Made by a program: the position numbers and the translations under genes. A DNA stretch of 28,867 nucleotides from an uncultured virus (IMG/VR IMGVR_UViG_3300032335_000575) (taxonomy: Duplodnaviria > Heunggongvirae > Uroviricota > Caudoviricetes), in the IMG/VR virus record IMGVR_UViG_3300032335_000575; one strand, written 5' to 3'. Numbering within the stretch: the stretch's first letter is position 1; every line of letters begins with the position of its first letter. This document shows positions 1-9,152 of this stretch, piece after piece. A model generated the notes under the pieces. The model saw only the letters and a program-made list of their open reading frames with translations, was not told where the DNA came from and searched no databases.

Positions 1-925
1 CGTTATCTCCAATGAAGATACCTGCGTAGCGGTCTGAACCACCATTACCTGTCTTTGTAGCAGGAGTGATGTAACCTCCACCAGCAGTTACTGTTGGGTT
101 AGCAACAGTTGTGTCTGTGGTGTAAGAAGTACCAGCACCGCCAGCAACCTTAAGAACCTGTGTGGTTTCGATGAATACGCAGTCGTATAGACGACCGATT
201 TCACCGAGCATAAAGTTACCTGGAGCAGCGTACTTAGTGACTTCAATAAATTCTGGATTGTCACGGAGCTTACGGCTCTGGTGTGGGTGAACAAACGCAA
301 CGTATGTTTCGCCGAGGCGTGGGATGTTCTTGGTTGATAGGGTCTCTACTGCGTCCTTCACTGTGTGAGGTGTCATGTAGTAGGTACCTGTCATAGCAGC
401 GCGGTTAGCAGCGGTTGTACCATCTGCGTACCAGTTGTTAACTGCTGTAAGTGCTGAGCGGTCTTCACCATAAATTGTTGAAGTCGCTGCATATAGTGTG
501 TCGCGTGATAGCTGGTCTAGGTAGATAGCCATGTTACGACCAAGAAGACGTGAGGCTGAGGCCATTACGTCATCGAATGATGCGTTAAGAAGAAGTTCTG
601 ATACAGCAAGAGCATATCCATGCTCTGATACTGTGATTGAGAACTGCTGTGCTGTCAACGCGTTTGTCTGCATACGCACACCTTCAACAAGGCCGCTTGC
701 AAAGCCTAAGTTGTTGTAACGCATGAAGTTGATTTGTAGACCAGGTGCAACACCAAGTTCAGTCTTCTTGACTGCGAACTGCTCAAAGCGAAGGATAGGC
801 ATAGCCTGGAACAAGATTTCCTTGGACCAGATTGTCTGAATCGCTTGAGTCAGCTGGGTGTTAGTGCCTGAGTATGCTGTTGGGGCTGCGGCTAAGTTGC
901 CTGTACCCGTGATACCAGATGCCAT
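1..925 (-). CDS. Major capsid protein, N4-gp56-like family (3' end runs off window)
   Basis: Absent from the ORF track. Manual translation from ATG at 925 (RBS AAGGAG) reads MASGITGTGNLAAAPTAYSG...IWSKEILFQAMPILRFEQFAVKKTELGVAPGLQINFMRYNNL...GEIGRLYDCVFIET and stays open to base 1. It lies directly downstream of scaffold and portal. Confidence 0.9.
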   Translation of the reverse strand, partial: MASGITGTGNLAAAPTAYSGTNTQLTQAIQTIWSKEILFQAMPILRFEQFAVKKTELGVAPGLQINFMRYNNLGFASGLVEGVRMQTNALTAQQFSITVSEHGYALAVSELLLNASFDDVMASASRLLGRNMAIYLDQLSRDTLYAATSTIYGEDRSALTAVNNWYADGTTAANRAAMTGTYYMTPHTVKDAVETLSTKNIPRLGETYVAFVHPHQSRKLRDNPEFIEVTKYAAPGNFMLGEIGRLYDCVFIETTQVLKVAGGAGTSYTTDTTVANPTVTAGGGYITPATKTGNGGSDRYAGIFIGDN

Positions 926-968
926 TTACTTGTGACTCCTTATTTGTTGGAATTTGGGATTGTTGGGT

Positions 969-1751
969 TTACCCGAACAGGCCGCGAGATTTACCACGAG
1001 CAGTGTCGCTCATAATACGTTCTCTGTACTTTGCGTAATCGTTCATCGACATGGACGAGATATCCTCGGCCGTAAAGTTACGTTGCTCCATATTAGTGTC
1101 CATTTGTCCGAGCGGGGGCGTGGTTACCCTTGTCCCCGTCATTTCTTTCCTTGCGTTCTGCATAGCTGACTGCGCAGATTCAAGAATTCTTGCTGAACGT
1201 TCTTTTAATCCTGCAATACTTGCGTCAACTTCATCAGGAGTGTTACCACTAATAAGGTCTAGCAGTTCAGGAATAATAGCTTCACGTTCTGTTTCTACGC
1301 GCTGTGTGCGGTAGGCTTGTAGGTCAGCAAAAGATTTTTCGCGTTCCAGAAGAGCAAAGGCACGTTCACGCTCTTGACGCTCACGCTCCAACTGCTCCTG
1401 CCACTCTTGTTCCTTGGTCTTAAGCAAAGTACGAACATCCATGTCACTTTCAAGAGCTTCCTGCTCAGCCTTAGCTTTCGCCTCAGCATCTGCAGCACGT
1501 GTAGCAAGTTCTGCTTCACGCTCTCTTTTAATGGCGTCGAGTTCTTCCTTCAACTTATCAATCTGAGGGTAGAGCTTTTCTTTTTCTTGGCTTCTTACTT
1601 TTGCCAAGTCATCTTCTGTATAAAACTTAGAAGTTGCCTTAGTAGTAGGTGCGTCAGCGACAACTGCGTTGTCTGACGACTGGGCTACAACTGGAACTAC
1701 TCCTGCTTCTGCCGCGAAGGCATCAGCGTTCGATACTTCTGCTGTTTCCAT
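969..1751 (-). CDS. Capsid scaffolding protein
   Basis: 260 aa E/K/R-rich coiled coil between portal and capsid, with a short C-terminal helical tail (SMSMNDYAKYRERI). Confidence 0.8.
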   Translation of the reverse strand: METAEVSNADAFAAEAGVVPVVAQSSDNAVVADAPTTKATSKFYTEDDLAKVRSQEKEKLYPQIDKLKEELDAIKREREAELATRAADAEAKAKAEQEALESDMDVRTLLKTKEQEWQEQLERERQERERAFALLEREKSFADLQAYRTQRVETEREAIIPELLDLISGNTPDEVDASIAGLKERSARILESAQSAMQNARKEMTGTRVTTPPLGQMDTNMEQRNFTAEDISSMSMNDYAKYRERIMSDTARGKSRGLFG

Positions 1752-1817
1752 AGTTATCCTTTACATTCTAGGGGTCGTTTTCCGAAGTAAGAGCACATAT
1801 GACCAAACGTTGATTCT

Positions 1818-1852
1818 ATTGTCTTTCTAAATACAAAAAATGTCAGGCTAAA
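1818..1852 (-). promoter_or_regulatory. Putative late promoter (TTTAGC-CTGACA-N17-GACAAT) upstream of scaffold/capsid
   Basis: Intergenic. The same motif with identical 17-bp spacing recurs at 4430-4464, 8044-8078 and 10160-10195. Confidence 0.7.
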
Positions 1853-1855
1853 CCT

Positions 1856-3559
1856 TTATTTTTCGTACTCTTCTGGTACTCGCCTCTGTGGGAGGACAGT
1901 GCCATAAGCTTCAGTTACCAACTTGTTACGTAGGTCTGCTTCGCCCATATTGGCGGCACCTAGCGCATCATCTATTGTTGGTGGTAATACAGCAGGGGCT
2001 CCAGGAGCACCTGTTGCACTAGGGGCACCAGGGGCGCCTCCAGTTTCAGGGTTAGGCATAGTGCCTGTAAGTTCAGCAATCTCTTGTTCAATCTGGGTCT
2101 GTAGCAACTTAAGTGCGCCATCAGCTGTTGCATCGTCAAGAAGTTCCTGACGGATTTCATTGAGCTTCTCAGTAGGGAATTCTTCTCCCAAAGTACGCAA
2201 AGCGCCTTCCTTAGACTCAAGGCCTAGGGATAGCATTGATTGAACTTCATTAAGAGCAATAAGCTTATCTAGAGGAAGAGGCTGTGGGAAAAACACATAG
2301 GTTTGGTAAGTAAGCGGGTCGTTAGGGTCTAAGCGGTCAACCTGACCTTTCTTAAGCTTAACGTTTTTTGTTGGGTCCCAAATCATTGCTTCTGGCTCTT
2401 TGATAGCGATGCTACGAAGGATAAGCTCATTAACGCGCTCTAGACCGTGAGCGTATTGAATAATTTTCTGGTGGTAACGGTTCATCAAAGGCTGGAACTG
2501 TATGCTTAAAGCAACTCCAGATGTGTTAGAAATAGGCTGTGCTTGACCAAGAGCAGTCTCAGGAACACCAATCATTTCGTGCATAGACTTCTTAAGCATA
2601 GCTAAGAATTCCATTGCACCCTTTAGACCTTGTGAGCCACCTTCTAGGTTTTCTACCTTTGCGTCTTTTGGTAAACCGCCCCAGACTTTGTTAGCGCCCT
2701 TTTCCAATTGTGAAGCTTTGGCACCAATGATGACTGTGACGGGAGCAGCATGATAATTAACGATGTCAGCGATGTCAGTAGCAGTCTCGTTATAAGTACG
2801 GTTAATATTAATAATATCGTGACCGTCGCTAAGACCCCAAGGGCTACCACTAATACGAACATTTGGAATATGAACAATGGGAACAGTACCAAGCGGGTTA
2901 GGGCGAGAGTCAATGAGCTCATCATTGATGTACTCCTCAATCATGTCATCTGTAAGAATTTCAGTGTAAGTAAATACCTGACGCGTACCTTCTAGTGATG
3001 TACCCCAGAAACGGTACTTTAATTTAAAACGGATAAGACGTTCACGGTCATGCGGGTGGAATTCTGGAAAACAAAAAGCAGCGTTAAGAGGAAGGATACG
3101 AACACGACCAGGATGCTGTAGACCAGAGGTATCAGTCCACGCTTCTTCATACGCAACCTTAATAAAACAGTCTCCAGATACGGAACCCTGTTGTCCCATT
3201 TCCCACAGGACTGTTGCCTTATTGTTATCTACTTCCCAAACACGTTCTAAGATATCTGGAACAATTGCTTCTGTTTCTTTTGGAGAACGGAAGTTAACAC
3301 CCTTACCAAAAGTAAAGTTAATAATAAAATCTGTAAAGGCACGATAGTAGTTAAGTACTATCTGTGCGTCGCCTATTTGACGGCGATAGGAGTAATGGTG
3401 ACCAAGATACATAGCCCAGTTAAGAGAATAACGATTAAGACGCGGGCCGTGGACTTCAAATTCTTCATCTGCTAACTCAACCAATCCTAATGGCGAGATG
3501 GAAATAGTTAGGTCGCTAGACGCCGCCCTATAGGACGGTGGCGAGAAATCAATGCTCAA
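1856..3559 (-). CDS. Portal protein
   Basis: 567 aa with portal-like segments (NYYRAFTDF, GSVSGDCFIKV, PIVHIPN...WGLSD, SGVAL). Synteny terminase-portal-scaffold-capsid. Confidence 0.88.
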   Translation of the reverse strand: MSIDFSPPSYRAASSDLTISISPLGLVELADEEFEVHGPRLNRYSLNWAMYLGHHYSYRRQIGDAQIVLNYYRAFTDFIINFTFGKGVNFRSPKETEAIVPDILERVWEVDNNKATVLWEMGQQGSVSGDCFIKVAYEEAWTDTSGLQHPGRVRILPLNAAFCFPEFHPHDRERLIRFKLKYRFWGTSLEGTRQVFTYTEILTDDMIEEYINDELIDSRPNPLGTVPIVHIPNVRISGSPWGLSDGHDIININRTYNETATDIADIVNYHAAPVTVIIGAKASQLEKGANKVWGGLPKDAKVENLEGGSQGLKGAMEFLAMLKKSMHEMIGVPETALGQAQPISNTSGVALSIQFQPLMNRYHQKIIQYAHGLERVNELILRSIAIKEPEAMIWDPTKNVKLKKGQVDRLDPNDPLTYQTYVFFPQPLPLDKLIALNEVQSMLSLGLESKEGALRTLGEEFPTEKLNEIRQELLDDATADGALKLLQTQIEQEIAELTGTMPNPETGGAPGAPSATGAPGAPAVLPPTIDDALGAANMGEADLRNKLVTEAYGTVLPQRRVPEEYEK

Positions 3560-3610
3560 CTATCCACCTTTGTTTTTCTATGCTGGGAGAAGAATACCAC
3601 GCTAATTGTA

Positions 3611-3919
3611 TTAGCGGAAACTTTGGCCGCGTTTAATAACTTTTTTAGATACTGGCTTAGTGACCTTCTTTTTTTTCTGCTCTTCTTTTTTATCTGCTTC
3701 TTCTTGTGCGTAGTCTCTAAAACGCGGGTCAACCTCTTTTTTAGATTTAACGTATTGACCACCCATTTGATTGTACTTAGCGTGAATCCAGTGTCCGCGA
3801 GCAGGTGAGTTTTTAGAAAATTTTGCTCCAGCTTGAGCAGTAATAGTGTTCCAAAGTTTAGGGTTGGCAGGTTCTTGCTTTGCCGTTTCTTTTACTTCTT
3901 TACCTCTAATAAATGCCAT
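3611..3919 (-). CDS. Basic hypothetical protein
   Basis: 102 aa, RBS GAGG, in the head module. Confidence 0.7.
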   Translation of the reverse strand: MAFIRGKEVKETAKQEPANPKLWNTITAQAGAKFSKNSPARGHWIHAKYNQMGGQYVKSKKEVDPRFRDYAQEEADKKEEQKKKKVTKPVSKKVIKRGQSFR

Positions 3920-3939
3920 TGCTGTTCCTCTGAAATGGG

Positions 3940-3982
3940 AAAACTACCCCCGCCAGCTTTGTAGACTGAATACGGGGGTAGT
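3940..3982 (-). terminator. Probable intrinsic terminator/hairpin
   Basis: ACTACCCCCG...CGGGGGTAGT stem with a short T-run on the minus strand, just after the 3991..4389 stop. Confidence 0.45.
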
Positions 3983-3990
3983 AAACCTAA

Positions 3991-4389
3991 TTAGTCTTGT
4001 ACTACTGCTGGGTTTGTTGCTTTTTGGTTAGCACCGTTGCGGAAAACTTCCTCAAAACGGTTGTCGCCATGGTCAGCAAATGCGCCAGTTGAAAAGTCAG
4101 AGAGACTTGCTGGTGCTTCTACCCATGCTGCGGAACCAACATGTGCGCGTTCACGCATTGTTTCTTCTGCAGTCTTTGTGTGAACAGGCTTATTGCGATT
4201 TGGGCGACCTGCTGCAGGTTCGTATCCCTGCATAGCGCCTGTTGTAAACTGCGTTGGGATATCAGTGTCTGTTGCAAGACCTTCTTCAAAACGTAGTGGG
4301 CCACGCTGGCCTGGTGTTGCAGGTGACATCTTACGGTCGTAAGTTGTTCCTGGACGTTCAGGCATCTTAGGTGATGGTGCGATTGTCAT
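3991..4389 (-). CDS. Hypothetical protein in head module
   Basis: 132 aa, RBS AAGGAG, preceded by the late promoter motif. Confidence 0.75.
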   Translation of the reverse strand: MTIAPSPKMPERPGTTYDRKMSPATPGQRGPLRFEEGLATDTDIPTQFTTGAMQGYEPAAGRPNRNKPVHTKTAEETMRERAHVGSAAWVEAPASLSDFSTGAFADHGDNRFEEVFRNGANQKATNPAVVQD

Positions 4390-4429
4390 AGTTATAACTC
4401 CTTATTAAAGGGTGAGGACCTCGTATAAA

Positions 4430-4464
4430 AGTGTCCTACGTATTGGGCGTAAAGTCAGGCTAAA
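4430..4464 (-). promoter_or_regulatory. Putative late promoter (TTTAGC-CTGACT-N17-GACACT)
   Basis: Copy of the repeated intergenic motif. Confidence 0.7.
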
Positions 4465-4471
4465 GTGGTAA

Positions 4472-6067
4472 TTACCTTGAGAAGAATGGGGAGGTTGATA
4501 CCTCTACTGATGGCATTGTTAAATCCATAGTTAAAGATACGGCAATTGCTAGGCTGTCGGCGTAGTCATCGTGGGCATGGGCTTCATCTGGGGCATGGGC
4601 TAGGAAGTTAGGACCAGTGAACTTTGTCTCTAGGTCCGTCATCTGTTGGTAAAAGCGTTTCCAAGTACGAAGGCGTCGTGTTTTTGCATGTGCTGGCCAA
4701 CCGACCATACGTCGGTCAATTAGAGCTTTTAAATGCTTCCAACGTTTAGATTGTTCTGGTTGGCTACTTCCTATGGCATGTACTTCTGCTCGGGGTAAGA
4801 GGAGTTTGAGTCTTTGTGCAACCGCATCACCCACGCCGTTAGCGTCAACGCCAACAGCAAGTATGTCATAACTCCCCAAGAAATTAACGATTTGAAAATA
4901 TTGGTCTTCCCAGTCATCGCCTTGAAGCTCCATCCAGTTTAAGATTCTATGGTCAAAATATCCAAACTCATCTGGTCTATCCCAGTCAACCCAAACAACA
5001 GTTACTACTGTTGAGTCCATCTTCCGTGCGGGGTCAATACCGACGACCACAGGTGAGCGATGCCACGCACGAACAAGTTCTTGGGACGTGTCTCCAAGTT
5101 CGTCCATGATTGAGGATGTAACGAACATCCCTCTCTCCAACAACCATTTACAGTTGTAGGACATCTGGAACTCGTCAGAGTCCTCTCCAATACGGAGCAT
5201 CTCTTTCTTGATGAACTTTGCGTAGTTGGCGTTGTATTTAGAAACATCTCGATAATCCCACTCAAAATGGTTTTGTCGGCTGGACCTTCCAGTCTGACGA
5301 CGCTTGTTTAATTGGATTGAACGATAGAAGTTATTTTTGTGTGTAGTGGGTGTTCCTGTTTTAACCATCGTACCTGAGTAGTACGCAAGCATAGGAGAGA
5401 TAGATTTAGACACTACAAAGTCATCGGCTTCTTGACACTCGTCAATAACAATAAGGTGGAAAGACTTAGATTCAATCTTTGCACGTGGGTTAGCAGTCAT
5501 CATCATAAGGCTGCTGCCAGAGTTCTTTAATTTAATCTGTCTAGTAACGCCAGGGACTTTACCGAGGCTATCGTCAATCTCAGGGTCGCCCATGATTTCC
5601 TGAGCACGTTCACTAGTAAGCCTATTAACTGTACGACCAAAGAGCGTTTCTACCTGTCCTTCAACAGGAGCAAACATACCAATCCAGATACCATCTTTAA
5701 ACTGACCAAGTAGGTCTGGGTACATCTTTGCTAAGCGTGGTAGAAGGACCATGAGCGTAGCGACTGTGTTAGCAATAGTCTCTGACTTACCTGACTGACG
5801 TGCGGCAAGCGCAGTTATTTCTTCGCCGTCATTAATAATTACAGACTCAATGATGCGTCGAGCAAGCGGCATTTGATAAGGGTGTAGCTCATGCCCAACT
5901 AGGGCGTTCATAAACTCAATGCATCTATCTATAAGTTTTTTAACAAATTCTTTAGAGAGCTCATCAAGCTCAAGTTCCTCGTCTTCGGGCGGAAGTTCTT
6001 CGTCTTCTACCTCGTCATCGGGAAAGAACTCGTCTTCATCTTCTTCTAGCACAGTGTAGTTCTCCAT
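4472..6067 (-). CDS. terL: Terminase large subunit
   Basis: Walker A ARQSGKS, Walker B LIVIDE, coupling motif TGTP, RNase H-like nuclease motifs GIDPAR and HDDYADS. Confidence 0.93.
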   Translation of the reverse strand: MENYTVLEEDEDEFFPDDEVEDEELPPEDEELELDELSKEFVKKLIDRCIEFMNALVGHELHPYQMPLARRIIESVIINDGEEITALAARQSGKSETIANTVATLMVLLPRLAKMYPDLLGQFKDGIWIGMFAPVEGQVETLFGRTVNRLTSERAQEIMGDPEIDDSLGKVPGVTRQIKLKNSGSSLMMMTANPRAKIESKSFHLIVIDECQEADDFVVSKSISPMLAYYSGTMVKTGTPTTHKNNFYRSIQLNKRRQTGRSSRQNHFEWDYRDVSKYNANYAKFIKKEMLRIGEDSDEFQMSYNCKWLLERGMFVTSSIMDELGDTSQELVRAWHRSPVVVGIDPARKMDSTVVTVVWVDWDRPDEFGYFDHRILNWMELQGDDWEDQYFQIVNFLGSYDILAVGVDANGVGDAVAQRLKLLLPRAEVHAIGSSQPEQSKRWKHLKALIDRRMVGWPAHAKTRRLRTWKRFYQQMTDLETKFTGPNFLAHAPDEAHAHDDYADSLAIAVSLTMDLTMPSVEVSTSPFFSR

Positions 6068-6085
6068 TACCGAAGTCTATTACAT

Positions 6086-6115
6086 AAACAAAAGGCCTGG
6101 GTGTTAACCCAGACC
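6086..6115 (-). terminator. Intrinsic terminator just upstream of terL
   Basis: Minus strand GGTCTGGGT-TAAC-ACCCAGGCC-TTTTGTTT, with one G-U pair. Confidence 0.5.
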
Positions 6116-6189
6116 ATTTGCGTTGCCACATCACACGGGGAGAGGAAGAGAGAGGCAGGATAATTTTAGCACAAAGTGGACACGCTGCG

Positions 6190-6435
6190 CTAGCGCGGGG
6201 TCATTCTTGTATGCAGCTCGTTAACAACAGCGTGAAGAGCCTCAGCTCCTTGTAGGGCTTCATCCAAGTAAAACTGGTCTCTATTCTTTGAGTAACCAGA
6301 TAAACACTTAGAAATCTCAATTAATGACTGTTCTGCCCACATTTCTAACTCACCAGTAGCTATCTTAGAAACTCTTCTAGACACCTTTTCAGAAAAAGGT
6401 TTTACCCAAGGTTCTTTCTTAAAAAAATTCATCAT
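6190..6435 (-). CDS. Hypothetical protein
   Basis: 81 aa, overlaps the upstream ORF in operon fashion. Confidence 0.7.
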   Translation of the reverse strand: MMNFFKKEPWVKPFSEKVSRRVSKIATGELEMWAEQSLIEISKCLSGYSKNRDQFYLDEALQGAEALHAVVNELHTRMTPR

Positions 6436-6709
6436 ATGCCCCGTCTTCTGGCTTCCATGCTTTTCGGCCTTTCATAGCAGAGGATAGCACCTCGTCAATG
6501 CGGTCGTCATCATCCCAGTCAATTTTTGGGTTTTTAACCCAGACCCCTAAGAAATAACCAGGGTGGGTAAAAGGTATACGTGCAACTAGACACTTGCCTT
6601 TTCTATAAGGCATTTCAGTTTCTTGGGTAGTTCCTACTTCAAGAACTGGAAGTGCTTTCTTATGCCAATACCGAAGCTTACCTACGTATAGTGGTCCGAA
6701 TGTTTTCAA
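6419..6709 (-). CDS. Hypothetical protein
   Basis: 96 aa, tightly packed in the operon. Confidence 0.7.
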   Translation of the reverse strand: MKTFGPLYVGKLRYWHKKALPVLEVGTTQETEMPYRKGKCLVARIPFTHPGYFLGVWVKNPKIDWDDDDRIDEVLSSAMKGRKAWKPEDGAYDEFF

Positions 6710-6712
6710 GGG

Positions 6713-7198
6713 TTACTCCATACCTCTTTGCATACTGCTAGATATCTCAGCAGCATAACTTAGCATTTCTTTAGAAGATGGTGACATGCCACCATCAGGG
6801 CCGCCAGTGTCGTTTAAATTTGCTGGTCCCATATCGCCCCAACCATCTAAACCGCTTGTCCTTAAATACTTGCCAGTAGACTCAGCGCGTTGAAGGTTTT
6901 GCCAGTGCACTGCGGGGCAGTTTCTATATTCCCACCAAGTGCCGTCCCTAAATACAACGTATAGCGTGTTCTTAGCAAAGTCATAGGCGATTGCTTGAGC
7001 TCTAGGTCTAGAAGGATTACTGGTGTTTGCAGACTGCTGTCTAAAACCTTTTTGCACTTCATCAGGTATAGCAACAGAAAACGTCTTATCTATAGGTGTT
7101 TGTATACCTAATTTTTCCGCCATTGCTTGAGCAATGTTTAACGACCTTTGTGATGGGTCAAAAGAGTTCTTGTAGTAATTACCTGTCTTCTTCGGCAT
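6713..7198 (-). CDS. KTSC-domain protein
   Basis: IAYDFAKNTLYVVFRDGTWWEYRNCPAVHWQNLQRAESTGKYL matches the KTSC pattern. Start moved to ATG 7198 (RBS GAAGAGG). Confidence 0.75.
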   Translation of the reverse strand: MPKKTGNYYKNSFDPSQRSLNIAQAMAEKLGIQTPIDKTFSVAIPDEVQKGFRQQSANTSNPSRPRAQAIAYDFAKNTLYVVFRDGTWWEYRNCPAVHWQNLQRAESTGKYLRTSGLDGWGDMGPANLNDTGGPDGGMSPSSKEMLSYAAEISSSMQRGME

Positions 7199-7466
7199 CT
7201 GAACCCTCTTCACAAGTGTGGTCTTTAGTTTGGGATTCTAACACTTTTGCAAAACAATGCGAGCAGCGCAAAACACGCTCTGGTTTATAGTTGTTTTGAA
7301 CAGTCGCTCCAAGAGGAGAGTCTGAGCCGTCCTCATCATATTGAGACGCGTACTCAGTAACTATACGTTCTTCTCTAAATAATTCTCTAGGGAAGGGGCC
7401 TTGCGGGTCCATAACCTTTTCGGGTACGGGGTGGACTTGTATGGCTCGGCGTCTAATTACTTTCAT
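7179..7466 (-). CDS. Small Cys/His protein (CSHC...HTC)
   Basis: 95 aa, operon-coupled, possible zinc binder. Confidence 0.65.
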   Translation of the reverse strand: MKVIRRRAIQVHPVPEKVMDPQGPFPRELFREERIVTEYASQYDEDGSDSPLGATVQNNYKPERVLRCSHCFAKVLESQTKDHTCEEGSDAEEDR

Positions 7467-7698
7467 CCGAAGGGGCTTCTTCTTCCGCCTTGGTTTCTTC
7501 CGCTTTAGCTTCAGCCTTCTTCTTAGATGCCTTTTCTTCTTTTGGAAGTTGTTCCATCAAAGGGAAGTGACCAGCCTCAGCACGGTCTACTAACCATGTA
7601 GGCAAGCAGCTAGTGCAATAGTTAACTGGGTTAGTGCCGTAATCTTGGCATGTGTAATCTGCTGAGAACTCACAGTTGTCGCATTGAATTTTAGACAT
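7453..7698 (-). CDS. Small zinc-ribbon-like protein
   Basis: CDNC...CTSC motifs and a charged tail. Confidence 0.65.
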   Translation of the reverse strand: MSKIQCDNCEFSADYTCQDYGTNPVNYCTSCLPTWLVDRAEAGHFPLMEQLPKEEKASKKKAEAKAEETKAEEEAPSDESN

Positions 7699-7713
7699 GT
7701 ATATGTACCAACC

Positions 7714-8010
7714 TTACTTTGACTTCTTGGCGGACTTTTTTGCAGACTTATTAAGTTCTGCTTCAATTAATTTTGTAATTTGTGATGCACCTTTTGCTGC
7801 AACAAGACCAAACGCTGGGTCTTTCTTATTTACATAGCGAAGTGCAACTGGGACAAGAGATGCCCATAGTGAGTTAGCAACTAGTAGCCACTCGCCCTGA
7901 CTAAATTCCAATGGGGTAGCTAAACCTTTTACCTGCATAACTACGACGATTGCTCCGATAACTTGACCAAGCAAGTTGCGGGCGTAAGATGAGATTACCG
8001 CTTTGTTCAT
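7714..8010 (-). CDS. Holin-like membrane protein
   Basis: Two hydrophobic segments, RYVNKKDPAFG motif and a basic C-tail. Start ATG 8010 with RBS AAGGAG. Confidence 0.6.
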   Translation of the reverse strand: MNKAVISSYARNLLGQVIGAIVVVMQVKGLATPLEFSQGEWLLVANSLWASLVPVALRYVNKKDPAFGLVAAKGASQITKLIEAELNKSAKKSAKKSK

Positions 8011-8043
8011 TTTTTGCTCCTTTGGCAATTAGTCCTACAGATA

Positions 8044-8078
8044 AGTGTGCCAAAGTCGGGCTGTAATGTCAGGCTAAA
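8044..8078 (-). promoter_or_regulatory. Putative late promoter (TTTAGC-CTGACA-N17-CACACT)
   Basis: Copy of the repeated motif. Confidence 0.7.
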
Positions 8079-8324
8079 TTACTCTGAACTATCCTCAAGA
8101 TGCTGGGTAAAGCGGCCCTCTAGGCGGGCTACTGATACACGAAGCTCTGTAAGCTCTGCGTGTATTGAGTTGACTGTATCTTTCATCGAAGAGCCCCCGT
8201 TGGGCTTAAGTTCATGTACAAAGTTCTTTAAATACGATTTTAATACCCATGATGTTGATGCGATGATTGTGGCTCCAAAAGCCGCAAATCCTGCAAGGGT
8301 GCCTGCCCACTCAGCTAGTGTCAT
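8079..8324 (-). CDS. Membrane-anchored coiled-coil protein (lysis-module type)
   Basis: N-terminal TM segment, PNGGSSMKD motif, heptad-like C-terminus. Confidence 0.7.
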   Translation of the reverse strand: MTLAEWAGTLAGFAAFGATIIASTSWVLKSYLKNFVHELKPNGGSSMKDTVNSIHAELTELRVSVARLEGRFTQHLEDSSE

Positions 8325-8561
8325 GTGCTCTGTTCCTAAAGGTAGTTTAATTTAAATTAGAATACGCGTATATGTTATCCGTAGCACAATAAAATGTGGA
8401 AATACCAGCTCTTATATTAAATAATGATATTTGTCATATGTCAGCGTAAAAAAAATATATTTTTTAAGCGTGGCTTGACTTGCGCATCAGTGTATTACTG
8501 TGGCACCCTAGTTCTTGAAAGGCTCCAGTAATGGAGCCTTTTGCAACTGAGAGGAGCAGAA

Positions 8562-9095
8562 ATGTTCAATATCAGAAAAGAAACAATGGATAAAGTGGCG
8601 GTGTTTTCGATGTATGCACTGTTAATAGGAGCACTACCTCACACGTTAGCTAATGCGGATGAGGAAGTAACACCTGTGACAGTACAAGAAATTGCTGTGG
8701 ACCCACTAGATAAGTACAAAGGAGCAAAAGAACTGTCAGATACAGATTTAGTTGACTTGCTTAGCGCGGTTGGTTTTGAGGGAAAAGCTCTCAAGGTCGC
8801 CTACGCGGTTGCTAAAAAAGAATCTAACGGTCGCCCCTTAGCTCATAATGGAAACGTCAATACAGGTGACAATTCTTACGGCATGTTCCAGATTAATATG
8901 CTGGGAAGTCTCGGAGAAGATAGACGGGAGAAATTTGAACTTACAACTAATAAGGACCTTCTGGACCCTGTGACCAACGCACAAATTGCGTATCACATGT
9001 CAGACGGCGGAAAAGATTGGTCCGCCTGGAAAGTATACCCAGGCCAGAAAAATGGAGAAAGATACGAGAGCTTCTTAAAGAAGTTCCCTAACTAA
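8562..9095 (+). CDS. Exported lysozyme-fold/lytic transglycosylase-like protein
   Basis: Signal-like N-terminus ending ANA, then catalytic ES (AKKESNG), YGMFQIN, and LDPVTNAQIAY...WSAW. Start ATG 8562 after RBS GAGAGGAG. Confidence 0.8.
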   Translation: MFNIRKETMDKVAVFSMYALLIGALPHTLANADEEVTPVTVQEIAVDPLDKYKGAKELSDTDLVDLLSAVGFEGKALKVAYAVAKKESNGRPLAHNGNVNTGDNSYGMFQINMLGSLGEDRREKFELTTNKDLLDPVTNAQIAYHMSDGGKDWSAWKVYPGQKNGERYESFLKKFPN

Positions 9096-9109
9096 TATAC
9101 CTTTAAATA

Positions 9110-9142
9110 AAAAAGCCCCCAGCCATTGGCTGGGGGCTTTTT
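9110..9142. terminator. Bidirectional intrinsic terminator
   Basis: AAAAAGCCCCCAGCCA-T-TGGCTGGGGGCTTTTT between convergent genes. Confidence 0.85.
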
Positions 9143-9152
9143 GCTTGGGTGA

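Noticed and set aside
88..719. Track ORFs 88..300 and 531..719, and similar antisense ORFs across the window
   Set aside because: Shadow frames of the capsid and other well-supported genes.
6116..6189. tRNA or other structured RNA in intergenic gaps
   Set aside because: No cloverleaf or T-loop consensus recognised here or in other gaps.
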